Assembly (NCBI GenBank): GCA_963848635.1
Contig: CAWKEA010000005.1
Span: 352,585-416,584 of the forward strand
Direction of reading: 5' to 3'
Origin: an uncultured bacterium
GTDB lineage: Bacteria; Patescibacteriota; Minisyncoccia; Phycocordibacterales; PALSA-1337
Length of the DNA stretch: 64,000 nucleotides
Shown: positions 49,163-58,627 of the stretch, in pieces
Layout: each line of letters begins with the position of its first letter
Numbering within the stretch: the stretch's first letter is position 1
The notes under the pieces: model-generated
Databases searched by the model: none
What the model saw: the letters and a program-made list of their open reading frames with translations, nothing else
Told to the model about the DNA's origin: nothing
Translations under genes and position numbers: made by a program

Positions 49163-49522
49163 ATGCCGAAAGCAAAAGAAATATTTGATCCCAAGCCGGG
49201 ACAGCACAAATTGCGCGATATATGGACAGGATCTCTGACAAAAAACCTCGAATTCTTTCGAAAAACATATTCTGTCACGACAGCAGAAGAACTTGTTTCG
49301 TGTATCACCGCAGGCTTTGCCGGACCAAAGACGATTAGTGAAAAAGAGTGGAATAAACTTGTCGCTTTGGCCGAAAGAGCGCTCCCTCCAAAAACATTGG
49401 GGGCATGCAAAAAACTTCCGAAGCGGAGATTCCCTGCTTGTGGAGCGATGGTAGATCCAAACAGTTTCGCTGTTCGCGAAGCATCTTTCAAGAAATTTCA
49501 AAAAGGCACTCGAAAACTTTAG
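49163..49522 (+). CDS. hypothetical protein
   Basis: basic 120 aa ORF; start uncertain. Confidence 0.3.
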   Translation: MPKAKEIFDPKPGQHKLRDIWTGSLTKNLEFFRKTYSVTTAEELVSCITAGFAGPKTISEKEWNKLVALAERALPPKTLGACKKLPKRRFPACGAMVDPNSFAVREASFKKFQKGTRKL

Positions 49523-49595
49523 GGAGACCTATTTCCAGGATCCCCTTATCCTCGTTAGATTTCCCTGCAAACCAAGCGTCCAGACATATCTGGCG

Positions 49596-49640
49596 CTTTT
49601 TCTTTTTATGTACGAGATGTCATCTTGACATGCTATAATC
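49596..49640 (+). promoter_or_regulatory. candidate sod promoter (extended -10 TGCTATAAT) overlapped by palindrome GAGATGTCATCTTGACA
   Basis: TGCTATAAT at 49628..49636, about 40 nt upstream of the sod start; palindromic AGATG-T-CATCT immediately upstream. Confidence 0.3.
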
Positions 49641-49676
49641 ATTCAACCTCTTACTAACTAACATAAATAAGAAACT

Positions 49677-50273
49677 ATGACAAAATTTGAAGAAAAAAAG
49701 TTCGACATACCGGCGCTCAAAGGCATTTCAGCGAAAACGATCGAAGAGCATTTGAAGCTCTACGCAGGCTATGTAAAGAACTTGAACGGAATATATGATT
49801 CGTTGATAAAATACAACGCCGATCCAGTTGCAAATGCGTACAGTATAGACGAGCTATATCGACGTCTCAGCTTTGAATACAACGGCATGCGCAATCATGA
49901 GGCGTATTTTTCTTTGTTTGAAGGAGGACCAAAGCAATTGTCGGAAAAAAGCCCCCTCAAAAAAGCGATCGAAGCAGAGGCCGGCTCGCTCGACACATTT
50001 ATAAGTCATTTCAAAGCGATGGCCGCCACGACACGAGGCATCGGCTGGGCGGTTCTGTGGTACGACTGCAAAGCAAAATCTTTGATCGCCTCATGGGTCG
50101 ACGAACAGCATCTCGGCCAATTGCAGGACTGCGTCATGATCCTTGGCCTTGATATGTGGGAGCACTCATACGTTGCCGACTATCAGCCGTCTGGTAAAAA
50201 GCAATATATCGAAGATTTCTTCGCCAATTTGAACTGGGAAGTAGTTGAAAAAAGGTTCAAGGATGCGCAATAA
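49677..50273 (+). CDS. Fe/Mn superoxide dismutase family protein
   Basis: C-terminal DMWEHSYVADYQ matches D-x-W-E-H-[AS]-Y-Y; 198 aa. Confidence 0.75.
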   Translation: MTKFEEKKFDIPALKGISAKTIEEHLKLYAGYVKNLNGIYDSLIKYNADPVANAYSIDELYRRLSFEYNGMRNHEAYFSLFEGGPKQLSEKSPLKKAIEAEAGSLDTFISHFKAMAATTRGIGWAVLWYDCKAKSLIASWVDEQHLGQLQDCVMILGLDMWEHSYVADYQPSGKKQYIEDFFANLNWEVVEKRFKDAQ

Positions 50274-50405
50274 AAAGCCAACGGATAAACGGATACGATG
50301 CCGCATCGTCTGGCTTCGTCCTTGTTTTGAGGATATACACCCCAAGCAAAAATCGTCCCGATTGGATTTATACAGACTAGGGTTGGCTATATCTCAAAAC
50401 CTTCA

Positions 50406-50435
50406 TGTTTACAATGTATATACATTGTAAACATC
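50406..50435. repeat. 30-bp perfect palindrome ATGTTTACAATGTAT|ATACATTGTAAACAT (terminator-like or operator)
   Basis: exact reverse-complement symmetry; followed at 50463..50473 by a C11 homopolymer inside CTAGC...GCTAG. Confidence 0.6.
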
Positions 50436-50543
50436 GACAAAAAAAGAATACTCTAGCCTCCTCCCCCCCCCCGCTAGTTTTCGTGAATAATTTGTCTCGT
50501 TTTCCTTTTCTCTAAAGGTTTCCTGAACTGATTATTCAACAAA

Positions 50544-51044
50544 TTATTTTTGGCGAAGCTCAATCGGCGCATTGTCCGCAAAAGATGTCGCGATAACGTC
50601 TGCGCGCTCGTTGTATTCGACGCCGCTATGACCGAGGACGACTTTCCACTCGATATTTTTTCCATTGGCCGCCTTTAACAATTCCTGCCAAAGATCCTGA
50701 TTCAGAACGGGCTTTTTTGCCGCCGTGCGCCAATTTTTAGCCTGCCAGCCCTTTATCCATAAGGTCATCCCCTTGACCACATACTCCGAATCAGCGATGA
50801 GATCGATCTTTGAGCCGGCCGGCACTGCCTTCAGCCCTTCGATGGCCGCTTTCAATTCCATCCTATTATTCGTCGTATGGTCTTCCCTGCCCCCGATCTC
50901 CTTGACTGCATGACCGCTATTTTCTGCTCCCGTCCCTCCATTTTGATTTTTGATTTTTGAATTTTGAATTAGTATCGCCGCCCAGCCACCCGGTCCTGGA
51001 TTGCCTCGCGACGAACCGTCGGTATATATGGTGTATTCTTTCAT
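50544..51044 (-). CDS. rnhA: ribonuclease HI (with an in-frame low-complexity insertion QNSKIKNQN)
   Basis: TDGSSRGNPGPGGWAAIL ... TTNNRMEL ... IADSEYVV ... LGHSGVEYNERAD. Confidence 0.8.
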   Translation of the reverse strand: MKEYTIYTDGSSRGNPGPGGWAAILIQNSKIKNQNGGTGAENSGHAVKEIGGREDHTTNNRMELKAAIEGLKAVPAGSKIDLIADSEYVVKGMTLWIKGWQAKNWRTAAKKPVLNQDLWQELLKAANGKNIEWKVVLGHSGVEYNERADVIATSFADNAPIELRQK

Positions 51045-51167
51045 GAGAGATATAGTACCACATAAAAAAACGTGCCCCGCCGAGCTGGCCGTGAACTTGC
51101 TGTCACGCTTCCAAATAGCGGGTAAAAACTTTCATACGAAAGTTGATATACACAACTTCCGCTGAAA

Positions 51168-51659
51168 ATGCAGATAGAAAATGGTACGATATATGATATG
51201 GAACCCATCATAACTTGGGATACGCCGGAGCGGCATTATATGGAAAAGAATTCCGATTGGTATTGGGCCGTCGGCATCATATCGTTCACGGCGGCCGCAC
51301 TTGCTTTTATGTTCGGCCAAGTCATTTTCGGCGTGCTCATCATCGTCTCGGCGGTAGCGCTCACTCTCCATGCATCGACCGCCCCGCGCGTCATCCATGT
51401 GGAGATAAACGATCGCGGCCTCATCCTCGACAAGACCTTGTACCCGTTCCTCCACCTCGAATCGTTCTGGATCGATCCAAACAACTATCCCCCGAAAATA
51501 ATACTCAAATCGCAAAAGAATTTCATGCCGTATCTGCATGTCCACATAGCCGAAGACATCGATCCGGAAAGCGTGCGCCAATTGCTTTTGACGTATATCG
51601 CCGAAACAGAGCATGAAGAGCCTCTGACGATAAAGCTGATGGAGAGGCTCGGGTTCTAG
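51168..51659 (+). CDS. hypothetical membrane protein
   Basis: 163 aa with two adjacent TM helices; preceded by the TCATACGAAAGTTGA motif. Confidence 0.4.
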   Translation: MQIENGTIYDMEPIITWDTPERHYMEKNSDWYWAVGIISFTAAALAFMFGQVIFGVLIIVSAVALTLHASTAPRVIHVEINDRGLILDKTLYPFLHLESFWIDPNNYPPKIILKSQKNFMPYLHVHIAEDIDPESVRQLLLTYIAETEHEEPLTIKLMERLGF

Positions 51660-51700
51660 ATCTTGATTCAAAGCACCAGGCTTGCTTTGGCGCTTTATAA

Positions 51701-51775
51701 TGGTGCCCCCGAGAGGAATCGAACCTCTATTGCAAGATCCGCAATCTTGCGTCCTATCCGTTGAACGACGAGGGC
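51701..51775 (-). tRNA. tRNA-Arg (anticodon GCG), CCA encoded
   Basis: hand-folded cloverleaf: acceptor GCCCTCG/CGGGGGC, D arm GTTC-AACGGATA-GGAC, anticodon stem CAAGA/TCTTG with loop TTGCGGA, T arm AGAGG-TTCGATT-CCTCT, discriminator A plus CCA. Confidence 0.65.
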
Positions 51776-51833
51776 GTCGAATTTACGAAGACTTTTCCCG
51801 TGGCAAGACGGAAGCCAGTGCTAGCGGGCTAGC

Positions 51834-52097
51834 CTAGCCGAGCTTCTTGAGCGCTTTCATCAAGCGTGACTTTCTACGGGAGGCCGTGTTGGCCTTGATG
51901 GCGCCTGTTTTGGCGGCTTTGTCGAGAGCTTTGTAGAGAGCGGGGATCAGCAATTGGGCATCTTTTGCTTTTTTTGCGAGAACGAGCTTTTTAAATTGGC
52001 GGAGAGGCGTCTCGATGGCCGTCTGTCGGCGCAGGTTGAAGACATGCCTTCGCTTTCCTGCACGCAGAGCTTTTTTTGCCGATGAAGTTATTGCCAT
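51834..52097 (-). CDS. rpsT: 30S ribosomal protein S20
   Basis: MAITSSAKKALRAGKRRHVFNLRRQTAIETPLRQFKK; start taken at MAITSS. Confidence 0.75.
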   Translation of the reverse strand: MAITSSAKKALRAGKRRHVFNLRRQTAIETPLRQFKKLVLAKKAKDAQLLIPALYKALDKAAKTGAIKANTASRRKSRLMKALKKLG

Positions 52098-52266
52098 AAG
52101 TGTTGTGCGGGAAAGAATAGCATAGGGCAAAATAAAAGTAAAGAAATACTGCTCCGTACATAGCACATAGCAACTTTTCCTCGTGCCAAGTACGATTCTG
52201 CTGAATCGCCTGCGAAACTCGCGTCGTAAAATCGTAAGCCACAGTCTAATCTGTTATACTTTACAT

Positions 52267-52845
52267 ATGATCGCCAAACTCACCGGCATTGTTTCGGATA
52301 TCGGCAACCGGTTTGTCGTCTTGGGCGTTGGTGGCGTCGGCTACAAGGTATTTGTCACCGATGACACTCTCCATCGCCTAAAGATCGCTGACGAGGCTTC
52401 CCTCTTGACCTATCTAGCCGTTCGCGAGGACGCGCTCGACCTGTACGGTTTCCCTTCAAAAAAAGAAAGGGATTTTTTCGAGCTCTTGATCGGCATTTCG
52501 GGCATCGGCCCAAAGAGCGCTCTGAACATCCTTTCGCTCGTATCTGCTGACGCCCTCGCCTCTTCGATTCAGACCGGCTCTGTGGCGCATCTCGTAAAGG
52601 TGTCGGGCATCGGCAGAAAGACGGCAGAAAAGATCGTGCTGGAATTGAAAGACAAGCTCGGCGGCATTTCCGACGGGTCAGGAGCATTCTCGGCCGGCAT
52701 GTCGAGCGATATCGATGCCATCATGGCTTTGCAGGCTCTCGGCTATGATTCAGACGAAGCGAGAGAAGCCTTGAAGAAAGTCGGGAAAGACGTGCGGGAC
52801 ATAGGCGAAAAGGTGAAAGCGGCGTTAAAGGTATTGGGGAAATAG
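52267..52845 (+). CDS. ruvA: Holliday junction DNA helicase RuvA
   Basis: MIAKLTGIVSDIGNRFVVLGVGGVGYKVFV; HhH motifs ISGIGPKSALNIL and VSGIGRKTAEKIV. Confidence 0.8.
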   Translation: MIAKLTGIVSDIGNRFVVLGVGGVGYKVFVTDDTLHRLKIADEASLLTYLAVREDALDLYGFPSKKERDFFELLIGISGIGPKSALNILSLVSADALASSIQTGSVAHLVKVSGIGRKTAEKIVLELKDKLGGISDGSGAFSAGMSSDIDAIMALQALGYDSDEAREALKKVGKDVRDIGEKVKAALKVLGK

Positions 52846-52937
52846 TGGGGATAAGTGTCCATTGACAAAATAAGCTTTGAATGCTAAGCTTTCCGCAGAA
52901 CGTGCAGGTAGTGAACCAATAAATTTGAAAGGAAAAT

Positions 52938-53312
52938 ATGAAGATAATCGTAAAAATGAGGCCAGTTAAACTGACTCTATTTGTAACCCTGGCGGCAGTA
53001 TGCATCTCATGCATTTACGGAGCGACTGTCCTCTCCGTCCTCGTTTGGGGTCATCAGGCTGCGTTTTATAACGGGGCCGGACACATGAAAGACGGGACGG
53101 TGATCAAGGCCAGTTTCGAGTGGGGATGGTTTGGACGAGCCGTACTTGTTACGATCGTCAAACCAACCTTTGAATTCTTGGCGACATTTGCTATCGGGAT
53201 GTTTACCCTGAAAGTATTAAATGCGGCAAGCGAAAAAAAATCCCGCTTGCCGCAACAGCAGCCATCGTTCCGATGGTATCAATTCCGGTGGCATCACAAG
53301 CCACAGACCTAA
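52938..53312 (+). CDS. hypothetical membrane protein
   Basis: 124 aa with N-terminal TM segment; followed by a strong terminator. Confidence 0.35.
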   Translation: MKIIVKMRPVKLTLFVTLAAVCISCIYGATVLSVLVWGHQAAFYNGAGHMKDGTVIKASFEWGWFGRAVLVTIVKPTFEFLATFAIGMFTLKVLNAASEKKSRLPQQQPSFRWYQFRWHHKPQT

Positions 53313-53332
53313 AGCGGCACCAAGCCGCCCAG

Positions 53333-53365
53333 GACCCGACTGATTCGTCGGGTCTCTTTTTTTTA
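53333..53365 (+). terminator. rho-independent terminator
   Basis: GACCCGACTGATTCGTCGGGTC hairpin followed by TCTTTTTTTTT. Confidence 0.75.
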
Positions 53366-53448
53366 ATGAGAATGTATTTCACACATAAATACAGATTATG
53401 ATGTGTGTCAATATGTGATACAAAGTATTAATAAGGCATACTTTAGCC

Positions 53449-54771
53449 ATGTTTGAATCGTTTCTCTCAAAAATAAGGCTTTTCATTCCCAAATTTATCT
53501 TTAGTTTTTTTAATCCCCCGTATCATTATTTGCTCGCGTTTTTCGGCGCTCTCATCTATCGCTTCCCTTCCCGAAAGATCAAGGTGATCGCCGTCACCGG
53601 CACAAAAGGCAAAAGCTCGACCGTAGAGATATTGAATGCGATCCTCGAAAAGGCGGGCAAAAAGACCGCCCTGACGAACACCATCCGTTTCAAGATCGGC
53701 GATGAATCTCGGCCGAACCTGTACAAGATGTCCATGCCCGGCAGATTTTTCATGCAAAAATTCTTGCGGGATGCGGTCGATGCGCGATGCGACTGCGCTA
53801 TATTGGAGATGACATCGCAAGGCTCGCTCACCTATCGTCACAGATTCATCGACCAGGACGTTTTCGTCTTTACCAATATTTCACCGGAGCATATCGAGGC
53901 GCACGGCTCGTACGAAAAATATCTGAAAGCAAAGCTCAACATACTATGCGATGGTTTGGCAAAGTCAAAAAAAACGGGCCGATCGGCTATCGTGAACGGC
54001 GACGACAAAGAGAGCCAGCATTTTTTAGACTGCTTGTATGGAAAGGATATACGCAAGCAAGATATAGCCTGAGTGATGCCGAGCCTTATGATATAAAGAA
54101 GGAAGGCATAGATTTCACCTGGCATGGCAAGAAAGCAAGTTCGCCTCTTTCCGGTCTCTTTAACCTGTACAATATTTTGGCGGCGGCTACAGCGGCCAAA
54201 GGCTCTGGGTATTTCGGACGACGTCATCCTTGGTGCGATTAAAAGATTCGGCGATATTCCGGGTCGCGTTGAAAAGATAGAGGCGAAAGGCCCCGATGGC
54301 CGCGCGCAAGATTTTACGGTCGTCGTCGATTACGCGCACACGGCCGACTCGCTCGAAAAGCTGTACAAAGTCTTCCGGCCTGATCCGGAAGCGCCGCGCG
54401 GCAACAAAAGACTCATCGCGGTGATCGGAGGCACCGGAGGCGGTCGTGACCATTGGAAGCGCGTCGAAATGGGCAGGCTCGCGGATACGTATTGCGACGA
54501 GGTGATATTGACTGACGAGGATCCTTATGACGAAGATCCAAAAAAAATCGTAGACGATGTGGCCAAAGGGATTGTCTCGAAGAAACCAAAGGTCATCATG
54601 GACCGAAGGCTCGCCATCCGCGAGGCGATCGCCCTCGCAAAAAAAGGCGACACGGTCTTGATCACCGGCAAAGGAACCGACCCTTATATCATGGGGCCAT
54701 ATGGGACAAAGACGCCCTGGAGCGACGCGGATATCGCGCGCGAAGAGCTTGAAAAGGCCTGGGTAAAGTAA
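53449..54771 (+). CDS. murE: Mur ligase, MurE-like (two frameshifts, near 54065 and 54195)
   Basis: VIAVTGTKGKSST P-loop; ILEMTSQG; DYAHTADSLEKL and GGTGGGRD C-terminal domain; product spans ORFs 53449-54072, 53787-54242 and 54124-54771. Confidence 0.65.
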
Positions 54772-54799
54772 AGCGGCCGGCAAGCAGGGCTCCGAATCG

Positions 54800-54810
54800 T
54801 CCCCCCCCCC
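54800..54810. repeat. C10/C11 homopolymer about 35 nt upstream of the mutM start
   Basis: TCGTCCCCCCCCCCTTCATT. Confidence 0.8.
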
Positions 54811-54844
54811 TTCATTTTAATTTTTCAAATCCATATTTATCATC

Positions 54845-55747
54845 ATGCCCGAACTTCCCGAAGTGCAAACGACAGTCAACGGACTCAATAAACGGATACA
54901 AGGCTTGAAAATCAGCGACGTTTGGACAGATTATAATAGCCCGTTTCATACAGGAAAAGACTCGATAAAGGACCCTGCTTACTTCAACTATTTCAAGAAA
55001 GAAGTGACAGGCGCAAAAGTGCTCGGCGCGTCGAGGTTGGCAAAGAACGTCCTTGTAAACATACGGAAAAATAACAAGGATCTTGTTATTTTGATCCATA
55101 TGAAAATGACCGGGCACCTCATGTACGGCGATTACGACCGTGCAGATCCCTTTAACCGTTTCATTCATCTCGTCTTCACTTTCAACAATGGCAAAACTCT
55201 TGAGCTTTCCGACATGAGAAAATTCGCCAAGGTGACGCTCATTTCAAAAGATCATATCGCGGAAGGTTTGGAACAATCCCTTCACCTTGCACATATCGGT
55301 CCGGATCCGCTCGATAAAAGTTTTTCTTTTCCTTTATTTAAAGAAAGAACAAGCAAGAGACCAAACGGCCGCATCAAGACTGTCCTTATGGATCAGAGCA
55401 TCATAGCCGGCGTCGGCAATATCTACAGCGATGAGGCCTTGTGGCGGGCAGGCTTGAATCCGGAAGAACGGGTGAGAGACATCCCTGATCTATCTTTAAA
55501 AAAGCTGTATGCGGGTTTGAAAGATGTTCTAAAAAAAGGCATCGACTTCGGCGGCGATTCGATGTCCGACTACCGCAACATCGATGGCAAGCGAGGAAAA
55601 TTCCAAGGACAGCATAAGGTATATAGGAAGACCGGACAGACATGTTCAAAACCAGGTTGCAAAGGGATCATCTTGAGAAAAGTGGTCGGCGGACGGAGCG
55701 CGCATTTTTGTAGCGTGCATCAACGTTTGCTCAGATCAAGGGAATAG
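54845..55747 (+). CDS. mutM: formamidopyrimidine-DNA glycosylase
   Basis: N-terminal MPELPEV catalytic Pro2-Glu3; C-terminal zinc finger C..C...C..C. Confidence 0.85.
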   Translation: MPELPEVQTTVNGLNKRIQGLKISDVWTDYNSPFHTGKDSIKDPAYFNYFKKEVTGAKVLGASRLAKNVLVNIRKNNKDLVILIHMKMTGHLMYGDYDRADPFNRFIHLVFTFNNGKTLELSDMRKFAKVTLISKDHIAEGLEQSLHLAHIGPDPLDKSFSFPLFKERTSKRPNGRIKTVLMDQSIIAGVGNIYSDEALWRAGLNPEERVRDIPDLSLKKLYAGLKDVLKKGIDFGGDSMSDYRNIDGKRGKFQGQHKVYRKTGQTCSKPGCKGIILRKVVGGRSAHFCSVHQRLLRSRE

Positions 55748-56221
55748 ATCAAAGAGCCTGAAAAGGAACACTCCCGCGGCCACTCCGACATTCAACGATT
55801 CCTTCTTGCCCTTCATGGGTATCTCAGCGACGACATCAGCTAGTTTGAGCACATCTTTCGAGACGCCCTCAACCTCGTTGCCAAGGACGACTAACGTCTT
55901 TCTTTTAGCCTTGATCTTTCTATAATCAATGGAGTTCTTTGCCTGTTCGAGGGCTATGATAGCGAACCCTTCTTTCTTCAGATTTTTTATAAGAGGAACC
56001 ATCGATTCGACATGCTCCCAAGCGATCATATCCTCAGCGCCGAGAGAGACTTTCGCGAAATCTTTGCGTTTTCGGCCGAAGCGATCAATCGGAACCGGCG
56101 TTGTGCCGGCACAATATATCCTTGATATACCCAGCGTCTCGGCCGTGCGGAATATCGAGCCGACGTTATGGACGCTCCTGATATTGTCTAAGGCCACGCA
56201 TACGCGATGAGATGATTTCAT
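55736..56221 (-). CDS. SpoU-family RNA 2'-O-methyltransferase (TrmH/TrmL-like)
   Basis: ALDNIRSVHNVGSIFRTAETLG and LVLGNEVEGVS motifs; start taken at MKSSHRV. Confidence 0.7.
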   Translation of the reverse strand: MKSSHRVCVALDNIRSVHNVGSIFRTAETLGISRIYCAGTTPVPIDRFGRKRKDFAKVSLGAEDMIAWEHVESMVPLIKNLKKEGFAIIALEQAKNSIDYRKIKAKRKTLVVLGNEVEGVSKDVLKLADVVAEIPMKGKKESLNVGVAAGVFLFRLFDLFP

Positions 56222-56334
56222 GATTGGTGGAAATTGAAAAATGTAAAGACAGCAAGAGCCAAAAAAATGATACCGATGGTAAAAATGATCTTGCCGCCCA
56301 TAATCTTCCAATATTTCAATAAATACCATATACT

Positions 56335-56736
56335 ATGCCCATACCAATAACAAGCATCATTATGCATACCCTTTCGATCTTCCCGTATCTTCTGTCGTAT
56401 CAACAGCTATCGCCGTTCCTCATCCGCATCGTCCTCGGCGTGACTCTGGCGTATTTCGGCTATCACAAGACATTGGGCAACGGTCAAAGCTCTGGTTCGA
56501 ACAGCAAGATATATGGGGTGCTCGAGATAGTCGTCGCCGTCTTTCTCATCATCGGACTTTGGACCCAGCTTGCGGCCATGCTGAATGCCATCATTCTCGT
56601 CATCAAGCTCGGTTTCAAAGCAAAAGAAAAGAAATTCCTGACCGATGGAGTGAATTATTATATCCTGCTCCTCGTCATGGCGATTTCGCTCATATTCACC
56701 GGTCCAGGATTCTTGGCGATTGATTATCCGCTATAA
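56335..56736 (+). CDS. DoxX-family membrane protein
   Basis: 133 aa, four TM helices, LRIVLGVTLAYFGYHK. Confidence 0.5.
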   Translation: MPIPITSIIMHTLSIFPYLLSYQQLSPFLIRIVLGVTLAYFGYHKTLGNGQSSGSNSKIYGVLEIVVAVFLIIGLWTQLAAMLNAIILVIKLGFKAKEKKFLTDGVNYYILLLVMAISLIFTGPGFLAIDYPL

Positions 56737-56779
56737 AGTGCTATATTTTGCGGTATGCGTCCATATGCGGCGCATATAC

Positions 56780-56852
56780 GCGCCCGTAGCTCAGTCGGTA
56801 GAGCATCTCCCTTTTAAGGAGTGGGTCGTTGGTTCGATTCCAACCGGGCGCA
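56780..56852 (+). tRNA. tRNA-Lys (anticodon UUU)
   Basis: GCGCCCGTAGCTCAGTCGGTAGAGCATCTCCCTTTTAAGGAGTGGGTCGTTGGTTCGATTCCAACCGGGCGCA; anticodon loop CTTTTAA. Confidence 0.85.
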
Positions 56853-56853
56853 C

Positions 56854-57891
56854 ATGGAAAACAAAAAATTAGAGCTCGTCCTGTTCTCGGCGCTCATCGT
56901 CATCCTGACGGTCCTGATGTTCTTCGTATTCCGGCCGTTTATCAGCATCATCGTCCTCGCGGCGGTGCTGTCAGTCCTCTTCCATCCGCTCAATGAGCGG
57001 CTCGTAAAGGCCTTCAAAGGAAGAAGGAGCCTTGTCGCCTGCCTACTGGTCATCGTCGCGTTCGTCTTTCTGATCATACCGATCATGTTCTTTGGGCTCC
57101 AGATATTCGGACAGGCGCAAAGCTTCTTTTCCTTGACGCAAGTCGACCAGGGACAGTATATTCAGTCTTTCGAGCAGAACGTGGACACGCTCGTCCAACA
57201 TTTCATGCCGAGCTTCTCTCTGGATATATCAGGCACGGTCGACAACATCCTATCCTATGTATCCGCGAATATCGGCTCCCTTATTTCCCAGACCGCATAT
57301 GTGTTCTTTCAGATATTCTTCCTGCTGTTGGCTTTCTTTTTCTTCCTCCGAGACGGAACCGCAATGCTCAATTCGTTCATTTCATTGAGCCCTTTCGAAA
57401 AAGAGCAGAATAAAAAGGTCATCGACTCGACTTCGATGATGATCATCTCCGTAATCCGAGGAACGCTCTTTGTCGGATTGATACGGCTGATATTGATAAC
57501 GATCGTCTTCTACCTTCTCGGCATTCCCGACGCGCTTCTCTGGGGAAGCATCGGAGGGGTCATTGCCATGGTCCCTGGCCTCGGCACGTTTTTCGTCATC
57601 GTTCCAGCTTGTCTGTACCTTTTGCTGTACGGTAACATATTTCTCGTCATTGGCATGGCCGTCTTTGGCATCCTCATATTCTTCTTCGTGGATAATGTGC
57701 TTTCGACGCGCTTTTTCGGCAGAGGCTTGCATGTCCAACCGCCATTCATCCTCTTTTCCATCATCGGCGGCGTTATTTTCTTCGGCCCGCTCGGCTTCAT
57801 ATTCGGCCCTATAGTCTTGTCGCTCTTCATCTCGACAGTGAACGTCTACAGGATCCTCGTATTGCACAAGCCGTCGGATGCCGTCAAATAG
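56854..57891 (+). CDS. AI-2E family transporter (UPF0118/PerM-like permease)
   Basis: polytopic membrane protein; start taken at MENKKLELV immediately after the tRNA (the listed ORF start lies inside the tRNA). Confidence 0.65.
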   Translation: MENKKLELVLFSALIVILTVLMFFVFRPFISIIVLAAVLSVLFHPLNERLVKAFKGRRSLVACLLVIVAFVFLIIPIMFFGLQIFGQAQSFFSLTQVDQGQYIQSFEQNVDTLVQHFMPSFSLDISGTVDNILSYVSANIGSLISQTAYVFFQIFFLLLAFFFFLRDGTAMLNSFISLSPFEKEQNKKVIDSTSMMIISVIRGTLFVGLIRLILITIVFYLLGIPDALLWGSIGGVIAMVPGLGTFFVIVPACLYLLLYGNIFLVIGMAVFGILIFFFVDNVLSTRFFGRGLHVQPPFILFSIIGGVIFFGPLGFIFGPIVLSLFISTVNVYRILVLHKPSDAVK

Positions 57892-58618
57892 TCAACGCGA
57901 ATTCTTCTAGAGACAGCGAGATGTCTGAAAGCCCTCGGCGGGAATCGTGGGCCATGCATATGAGGCTTTCCAAAAGCTCGCCGCTTTCCTTTTCTGAAAA
58001 ATTATTCGCGTATGATTTCGCTCGCGAAAAGGGAAATTCTTTCATGCCGGCTTCTTTTGCGTTCTTTGCTTGTTTGGCCAGGGCTATTGATTTCGCTTGC
58101 CAAAAGAGAGTGCCATGGATCTCTTCGGGCGAAATATCCTCGAGAAGGGCGCGGCGATAGAGGACCCATAGGTTCTTGCGGTCTCGCTTGCCCATTGCTT
58201 CGGCGAGCGAAAACACATTGAATCGCTCCTTTGATTTCGCGGTCGCCATCTTTTGCGCGGTGGTTTCCTCGAACTCCTGGACTTTTTCCGCGTGCTTTTC
58301 GAATTTTTTCAAGGAATCCCCGTCGAGCTTGCCCTCAAGGACGACAAAAACGTTCGGCGATGCCGCTATTTTGTCTATTTGTTCAAGGAAAACAGGCGCA
58401 ATATCCTCATCATCCATCAAATGGTCGAGTACGATTATGAATTTATTCTCAAAAAGCCCCTGACCGCCGCAATATTCCTCCAATTCCGCCTGATCCCAAT
58501 GTTCCGCGTCCATTTTGAAATACGCAGCATCAGGCTTCTTTTTCTTTAACGAATCAGCCAGCTCGTGCATTTTGAGCCGTGATTTATCAGTATCCGCGCC
58601 GTGAAGGAGGTAGATCAT
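57884..58618 (-). CDS. holA: DNA polymerase III delta subunit-like (HolA) short form
   Basis: MIYLLHGADTDKSR N-terminus and overall helical clamp-loader delta architecture; weak assignment. Confidence 0.5.
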   Translation of the reverse strand: MIYLLHGADTDKSRLKMHELADSLKKKKPDAAYFKMDAEHWDQAELEEYCGGQGLFENKFIIVLDHLMDDEDIAPVFLEQIDKIAASPNVFVVLEGKLDGDSLKKFEKHAEKVQEFEETTAQKMATAKSKERFNVFSLAEAMGKRDRKNLWVLYRRALLEDISPEEIHGTLFWQAKSIALAKQAKNAKEAGMKEFPFSRAKSYANNFSEKESGELLESLICMAHDSRRGLSDISLSLEEFALTI

Positions 58619-58627
58619 GAACGTATT

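Noticed and set aside
49622-49636. TTGACAtgcTATAAT read as a consensus -35/-10 pair
   Set aside because: The hexamers are only 3 nt apart. Only the extended -10 TGCTATAAT is retained as a candidate; the TTGACA belongs to the palindromic motif instead.
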